This document shows positions 57,636 to 64,000 of a stretch of DNA of 64,000 nt, in pieces (position 1 is the stretch's first letter; the number at the start of each line of letters is the position of its first letter). The position numbers and the translations under genes are program-made. The stretch comes from Nemertoderma westbladi (taxonomy: Eukaryota; Animalia; Xenacoelomorpha): contig JAUCBJ010006629.1 in NCBI GenBank assembly GCA_032718475.1, positions 1 through 64,000 of the forward strand, written 5' to 3'. The notes under the pieces were generated by a model that made no database searches, was not told the DNA's origin, and saw only the letters and a list, made by a program, of their open reading frames with translations.

Positions 57636-59287
57636 TGTTGCCGTTATCCCTACACCAAGGGGGAAAAACGCCGATGCTGGAGACGTGACTTAACAGACCA
57701 CCGAGCCCCGGCCAGTCACCGGATATTGATTGTGGGGAGGGAATATTTTCTGAGATGCAAGTTTGCGGTTGATAAAAAGCTGCATTAGTTGGATATACTC
57801 TTTAATGTAACTTCCTATAGTTGAAACTCGTTCAACATCATTGAAACTTGTTCAACATCATTGAAACTTGTTCAACATCATTGAAACTTGATTAAGAATA
57901 ATTTTGGGCTTCCCCAAATCAATATACACCAAATATTCACAATAATTATACACGATAATATAAATCCCTACGGTATATTATTTAATTACCCACTGTTCGC
58001 TCAGAATTTTAGCCTACCTAATGTTCCCCAGATTTTCCCTCGGTCCCAGTCTTAGTGCCGTAGTGTCGGTGTCGGTCGACCCTGTCGCGTGTCCGTTCCA
58101 CCCCTCATGAACCCCGAAGGGAACGATCATCGAGAACCAGCACGGCTTGGCTAAGGGTCGGTCCAGTCGGTAGACTCTGTCGCGTATCCGTACCACCCCT
58201 CTCGAACCCCGAAGGGTTCGGTCATCAAGAACCAGTACGGCTTGGCTAGGAGTCTGTCGTGTCGGTGGACCCGTTCGCGTGTCCGTTCCACCCCTCACGA
58301 ACCCCGAAGGGTTCGATCATCGAGAACCAGAACGGCTTGGCTAGGGGTCCATCGTTTCGTCACAGAAACCCAACCACCTAGGCTTTCCGAGTCCCTTTCA
58401 GGCTCGTAGTCGCTTCGGCAGCCGAGAAACTGCTCCGAACAGTCGGTAGGCCAGTAGAGTCTAGTCGAGTCTAGTCCTTTGTCTTTCGACCCCATCGCGT
58501 GTCCGTTCCACCCCTCACGAACCCCGAAGGGAACGATCATCGAGAACCAGTACGGCTTGGCTAAGGGGTCTGTCGTCGGTTCCCGTCGCAAATCCCAGTA
58601 CAAGCAGTCAGCGTTCCGAGTTCTTTTCAGTCTCGTAGTAGCTGCCGTTGACCAGAGACCGCTAAGGGCAGTTCTCGTCAAACCCGTCCTGTGGCCAGCC
58701 CTTTCGCATGTCCGTCCCACCCCTCGCGAACCCCGAAGGGATCGGTCATCGAGAACCAGTACGGCTTAGGTCAGGGGGCAGTCGTTAGTTGGCCACCCGT
58801 TCGCGTGTCCGCTCCACCCCTCACGAACCCCGAAGGGAACGATCATCGAGAACCAGAACGGCTTGGCTACTAAGGGGCCGTCGGTGCCCGTCGCAAATCC
58901 CTGACACAAGCAGTCAGCGGTCCGAGTTCTTTTCAGTCTCGTAATGGCTGCTGTTGGCCAGGGACCGCTAAGGGCAGTCCTTGTCCTTTAGGCCTGGCGC
59001 ATTACCAAATCCACCCCTACAGGCAGCAGGAAGTTGGCCAGGGCCTAATAGTACTCAGGCTAACCTGAATACTGCTTTCATTTTCCATCCCCCCCTGGCC
59101 CTTATAACTATGAAATTATTCCCGTACCCTGTAAGTTGCCCCAAAGTTCGCCCATAAATCGCCCCCAGTTTATTGAATGTGCCCAAAACCCATGGTCCCG
59201 CACCCAGTAGTAATATCGGAATAATCAATTTTAAATAAATACAAAAATATTCAACTCGCGTTATGGAAAGTTGAAATACCGCGAACA
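57636..59287 (-). repeat. 5' LTR of family A copy 2
   Basis: TG...CA on minus strand, flanked by TSD. Confidence 0.95.
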
Positions 59288-60476
59288 CCTTTATTGTTTT
59301 TTTTTTAACTCACTTCTAATTCTAGCGTGGTTGTTGCCATGGTGACATTATGGAAAGCTAGCAGTAGAATTAGAGTAATTCTCATGCATACAGATCTGGG
59401 ATGCTATTTAATAGTAATTCTTTAATTGTCAATATTCCTCTTTATACATGACTTTATGAATTTTATCGGCTATTGACTATATATTGGAGATTCTCGCACA
59501 CTAATACACTTAACAGGGTGAATCTCCGCTCCCATGATCTATTAATTAATGGAATTTTGGGAATGTTATAAATTGCATAAAAATGACAATTTATCAAATT
59601 CATTAAAATATGAATTTAAATTTATTCCCGTAAATTTTATTATTAAATATTAAATGGACACAATTTTATTCCAGAGCATGTCTGGGGACTGGGATCCTTG
59701 ATTCTAGGAACTTGGTCTTTTTAAGAATATCGGTAAGTGCTACAATATCTTAATAGACTAGAATTTTAAAGGATCTGAATTTGACAGACTTTATAAATAT
59801 TAATAATTAACATTTAAGATGGGCACCGGTTTATTCCAGAACTTGTCTGGGGACGTTAACCATTGATTCTAGAATTTTGTCTAACAAGTATATCGGTGGG
59901 TGCCGCGATATCTTAATCGACTAGAATTGCAGATGGTCAAAGGGTTTAAAAGATTTATTTTGCGTTTTACGCTACTGTTAAAGGGACATCACGCTACTAT
60001 ATGTATTATTTAATATACGGTATGAGAGCAATATCGCACGAAGCAATGTTAGTGAGAAGAGGCAAGTCGTTTCCAAGGTCTACCCAGAGCTTGGTTTAGC
60101 CGAGACACGAGGATCTGAATTTTGCATTCCTAATACTCTACTTTACCAATAATACTTGAATATAGTAGGAGCTTTATTGTACTTTAATAAGTACGGATAT
60201 TTCATCTTACTGTAGTTACGTATTTGTAATGTAATACGGACAGTAAGGAAAGAGAAAAAGAATTATTTCTCGCCGTCGCTGTAAATATATAATATATAAG
60301 TAATTAAGTAATAAACACTAATATATTGCACTAATCTACTAAATAATCGCTAAAATAACATTCTACTAAATAAAATTAAAGAAAACAATTATAATAAAAT
60401 TACATAATAATACATACATAAATATAAAATAATAAGAATATAAAATAATATAGTCACACACACACTCCAGACGTTG

Positions 60477-62504
60477 TTAAGTTGGGGAATCCCTAGATGT
60501 TTGTTGGATTAGGGAGGTGGTCGTGGGAAGAGTATCTTGCCTTCCATAGTTTCCGGAGAGTTCTCTGTCTCTTTCCAGTAAACATAAACGACCAACTGGG
60601 CGATTGAGCTGCTGTGTCTCGAAGACAATTCCAGGTTTCTTGAAGTTATGTCGCATGACGACGAGTTCTACCGATCGCACCAAACCATCATCCGAGATGT
60701 GAGTCTCGATGATACGACCTGTCTGCCACCGCTTACGTGGAAGATCTGAATCCACAATAAGGACCATGTCTCCAGCGCTGACGTTTTCTTGCTGCGCAAA
60801 CCACTTAGTTCGAAGTTGTAGCGTGGGCAGATAATGTTTTTCGAAATGGTCAGCGAAACGACGGGATAACAACTGCATAAGTTGCCAAGTTTGCCGGCAG
60901 TATTCGTCTCCGTCTGTGATTTCCGATCGTGGGAGCATGGCTACAGGTTTCTTCAGTAGGAAGTGTGCGGGTGTTAGCGCTTCCAGGGAATCTGGACTCG
61001 AGGAGACTGGCATAAGCGGTCTCTCGTTGAGATAGGCGGCGATTTCTTCCATTAACGTCCGCAAAAGTTCGTCGGTGAGATAAGCGCGGCACGGCACTAT
61101 AAAGTGAAATGCGGTCTTCACGCTCCTGATTAATCTCTCCCAACTTCCTCCCCACCAAGGGGCGTCGGCGGCGTTGAAGGTCCAGCTAGACGCTTTTACC
61201 CTTAGCTGATCGTCCACCTGTCTTTGGTTCCAATCTTTGACGTAAGCTTTGATTTCATTGTTGGCACCAATGAAGTTCGTTCCCTTATCAGATCTCATCG
61301 TGTTACTAGTTCCAAAGCGAGCGATCTGTCGTCGTAAGCTCAATAGGAAGCTGTTGGTAGATAAATCGTTCACCATATCGAGATGGATAGCTCTACAAGT
61401 CATACAAACAAAGATGACACACCATCTCTTGACTATAGTCCTAGCACAATATACTTCAATAGGGCCAAATAAATCTACACCGGTATTAGTAAAGGGTGGT
61501 TCATAGAAGCTTACTCGTTCCCTAGGTAATTCTGCCTCTCGCTGTGTTAAAGGCCTACTGAATGCTTTCCTACAGGGTATGCAGTTCCTAAGAACTTGGT
61601 TCAGAGCTCTACGGGGTTTATAAAAATAATAGCGAGTTCGAATTTCGCTAAGAACTCGTTCTCTACCAGCATGATAAAGTTTGCTGTGAACATCTACAAT
61701 CATCTTGATTTGTATTTCAAGATTTCTAATGAGTATGGGAAACTTAGTGTCAAAGGATAATGGAGCATTAGTTAATCTTCCTCCAACACGTATCAACCCA
61801 TCTATCATTGTGCTAGAGAAACGATCCCTTAAGCGCATCTGTGGATTTCTCAACAACAGGAAATACTTATCGGAATCCTCATAGCATTGCAGGAGTCTCA
61901 GCATCTGCTTGTTGGTTTCTTTATGCTCCTGATAATTGATCTTCTCCTTCAGAAACCTGTCGGATATCTTATATTTGGGAAGATCTTTAACAACATGGAC
62001 CTGCACAGATGTCAGTGGAGCGGTATCACTATTGGTCTTCGCCCTGGAGTAATGATGATGAAAACATCGCTTTAAATATGTAACGGCCTTACAGAGCCGA
62101 TTCCAGGAACTGTAGTGATATATCGCTCTCTGCAGGAGAGGTGAGAGTCCTTGCGAGACGTCTGGTATTCCAGATTTCCAATCCTTCTCTCTGATTTCTA
62201 CAACAGACTTGTTTGTGGCTGTGGGTTTCGGATCCAAAGCATCGTCTCCGGAAGTGTGTAGTACAGACAGATCTACCACGGGTTTAAATAACTTCGATTT
62301 ACTCGCCCGAGTTTTAGGTTTGACTTTCTCCGCTCCCTTGGCCTGTCTAATCTCTGCCGTGGTAAGATGAGGAGGCCATTCATCCTCTTCTTTGCTTAGG
62401 AAGTCGGGTCCACCTAACCAGTCTGGAGTATCTATCAGTTCTTGTGGAGTTGCTCCCCTGGAGGCGATGTCTGCTGGATTAATCGTTCCGGGGCAAGTCT
62501 CCAT
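60477..62504 (-). CDS. Family B: end of RNase H region and complete integrase
   Basis: NPADIASRG, WLGGPDFL, GLIRVGGRL, HSKLYHAG...CIPC, GVDLFGP, SDKGTNF, GGSWERLI, LTPAHFL. Confidence 0.92.
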   Translation of the reverse strand: METCPGTINPADIASRGATPQELIDTPDWLGGPDFLSKEEDEWPPHLTTAEIRQAKGAEKVKPKTRASKSKLFKPVVDLSVLHTSGDDALDPKPTATNKSVVEIREKDWKSGIPDVSQGLSPLLQRAIYHYSSWNRLCKAVTYLKRCFHHHYSRAKTNSDTAPLTSVQVHVVKDLPKYKISDRFLKEKINYQEHKETNKQMLRLLQCYEDSDKYFLLLRNPQMRLRDRFSSTMIDGLIRVGGRLTNAPLSFDTKFPILIRNLEIQIKMIVDVHSKLYHAGRERVLSEIRTRYYFYKPRRALNQVLRNCIPCRKAFSRPLTQREAELPRERVSFYEPPFTNTGVDLFGPIEVYCARTIVKRWCVIFVCMTCRAIHLDMVNDLSTNSFLLSLRRQIARFGTSNTMRSDKGTNFIGANNEIKAYVKDWNQRQVDDQLRVKASSWTFNAADAPWWGGSWERLIRSVKTAFHFIVPCRAYLTDELLRTLMEEIAAYLNERPLMPVSSSPDSLEALTPAHFLLKKPVAMLPRSEITDGDEYCRQTWQLMQLLSRRFADHFEKHYLPTLQLRTKWFAQQENVSAGDMVLIVDSDLPRKRWQTGRIIETHISDDGLVRSVELVVMRHNFKKPGIVFETQQLNRPVGRLCLLERDRELSGNYGRQDTLPTTTSLIQQTSRDSPT

Positions 62505-62522
62505 TGATCCATCTTCGTGTGA

Positions 62523-63944
62523 CTAAGTATAATGTCCGTCACATAGCGCACATTTCGGTTTGATATTACTTACCTTATTTTGAGTAACGTTGTGCACACT
62601 CATTCTTTCTTCGGGCTTTCTTACCTGAATTATCTTAGGAGACGTAGGAGGAGTTTTTCTTACCTGTTCTCTCCTGTCATTGGTTCGAGACTTGAATCTA
62701 CTTATGTCTTTAGGCGTTTTATTGACATAATAAGATCTTTCAGTGTCTTTCCCGCTGTCTTCTTCTTGAGAAGCCTGGCTTTCGCTGTCGTCGGTATAAC
62801 ACACTGGTGTTATCTTTCTCCTAGAAACGGGTTTCTCACTTACCTTGTTTTCTGGTGTCCTCTCTCTGGACTGCTTTAGGAGCTGTAATTTCACTTCTCC
62901 ATCTAAGAATGACATGAGATCAGCCATGGTAGGGTCTCGTCGTTGTTGTTCCATCATATATAACACTTTCTTATCCCAGCGTGTGCCTACTCCACCCTTA
63001 GGTAAAGTTGAGGCCACAGCTCCAATAACCATAGAACTCTGATATTCATGAGACTTACCTAGCCAATCTAATTGTCTACAGATCTCTTGAATCTCATCGG
63101 AAAACTCTATAATCCCGCTGCTAATGAACTTTCGGGGCGCTACCAATTTTGCATACAAATATTTAGCTATGTTATTCCTATTACCATACCTGATGTTTAG
63201 TGTATCCCAAACTTGTCTTAATCCATCTGGATGTCCAATAAACTTTAACGCCATTAACTTGGGAGATCCTTCCAAGCACTCGATGAGGAATCTAAGTTTC
63301 TCTCCATTAGATAGCACAGAGTTCTGTATGTTATCTTTGTAATATTCATTAAAAGGTAACCATTTCATCTCATCTCCATTGAACTTGACTATCTCTCCCA
63401 CCTTTACCGCTTGACGGGCTTCGGTTCTAGCCATTTGACGCGTAAAGCTTTCTTGGGCCATCGTGTTATTTAATATCGAGTTATCGGTATATAAATTTCT
63501 CGGATTATGATCAGGTCTATAGGGAATATCATTGTCAACAGGTTTTTAATTACCCTTAATAGGGTTTACTATAGGAGTTTCTACTTCACTAGGAGTATAG
63601 ATGCGTGTAGGCTCCACACCTTGCGCATGAAATACTTCAGACCTAACAGGTTGACACATTGTTACAGGGGGTGGTGGTATACCCTTTTGTGTATTTACTA
63701 ATTTATCGCGTTCTAACGCAATACTTTGCTGCACTTCTTGCAACTCTAACCTACTTTCCCTTACTGTTCCCTTAAACTGATGAATAGTTCCTTCCATCTC
63801 CCGGACCTGCTGAGAGGAGCACTCGCGGTGTTCCCTCAACTGTCCGAGCAGGAGACCCATCTCCCGTCGTCCCTCTGCTACCCACTCGACCGCCGAAGCG
63901 GGAGTCGCCAACATAGTAGCGGGCGAGCGAGAGACGACGGGCAA
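62523..63944 (-). pseudogene. Family B gag, disrupted and cut at the first zinc knuckle
   Basis: KFNGDEMKWLPF...EKLRFLIECLEGSP...LNIRYG BEL gag core; ends CALCDGH at the deletion that removes protease, RT and most of RNase H. Confidence 0.85.
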
Positions 63945-64000
63945 TAAATTCTTGATATCTTGCTCGGCGTCCAGGACGGGTTCGGACTCGTGAACAGTCC

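Larger units (their letters stand above)
46523..59287 (-). mobile_element. BEL/Pao family A copy 2 (RT and RNase H deleted; integrase and ORF3 retained)
   Basis: LTRs at 57636-59287 and 46523-48154; TSD CCTTT at 46518-46522 and 59288-59292; PPT at 48155-48163. Confidence 0.95.
42722..64000 (-). mobile_element. BEL/Pao family B element (5' part outside window), hosting family A copy 2 and a MITE
   Basis: Collinear on minus strand once insertions are removed: gag, integrase, AT-rich spacer, extra ORF, PPT, TG...CA LTR candidate. The 5' LTR is not visible, so the linkage is inferred. Confidence 0.6.

Overview
AT-rich eukaryotic (probably invertebrate animal) genomic DNA, mostly transposable elements. 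One host gene is visible: its spliced 3' part (exon 1-168 plus a terminal exon 6031-9320) encodes WD40 repeats, an Apaf-1-like winged-helix segment, a Roc-COR GTPase and two C-terminal CARD-like domains. The rest comprises two near-identical copies of a BEL/Pao LTR retrotransposon (14009-25708 +, TSD CTTTG; 46523-59287 -, TSD CCTTT), a second BEL/Pao family into which copy 2 appears nested, two long LINEs plus RTE, CRE and truncated LINE fragments, an IS3EU-like foldback element, three copies of a TTAA-flanked Kolobok-like MITE, two minisatellites and two tandem duplications. The most interesting object is the BEL/Pao family. It has a 63-aa ORF coupled to gag by an ATGA overlap and an env-position ORF encoding a DEDDy-like 3'-5' exonuclease with CCHC knuckles. 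It has no tRNA-type PBS; instead a 13-nt site next to the 5' LTR is perfectly complementary to the LTR itself (candidate self-priming). Each LTR carries six k-turn/UUCG hairpins, and a GAAA hairpin recurs in the LTR, gag and ORF3. All family assignments come from motif recognition by eye; no database searches were run.
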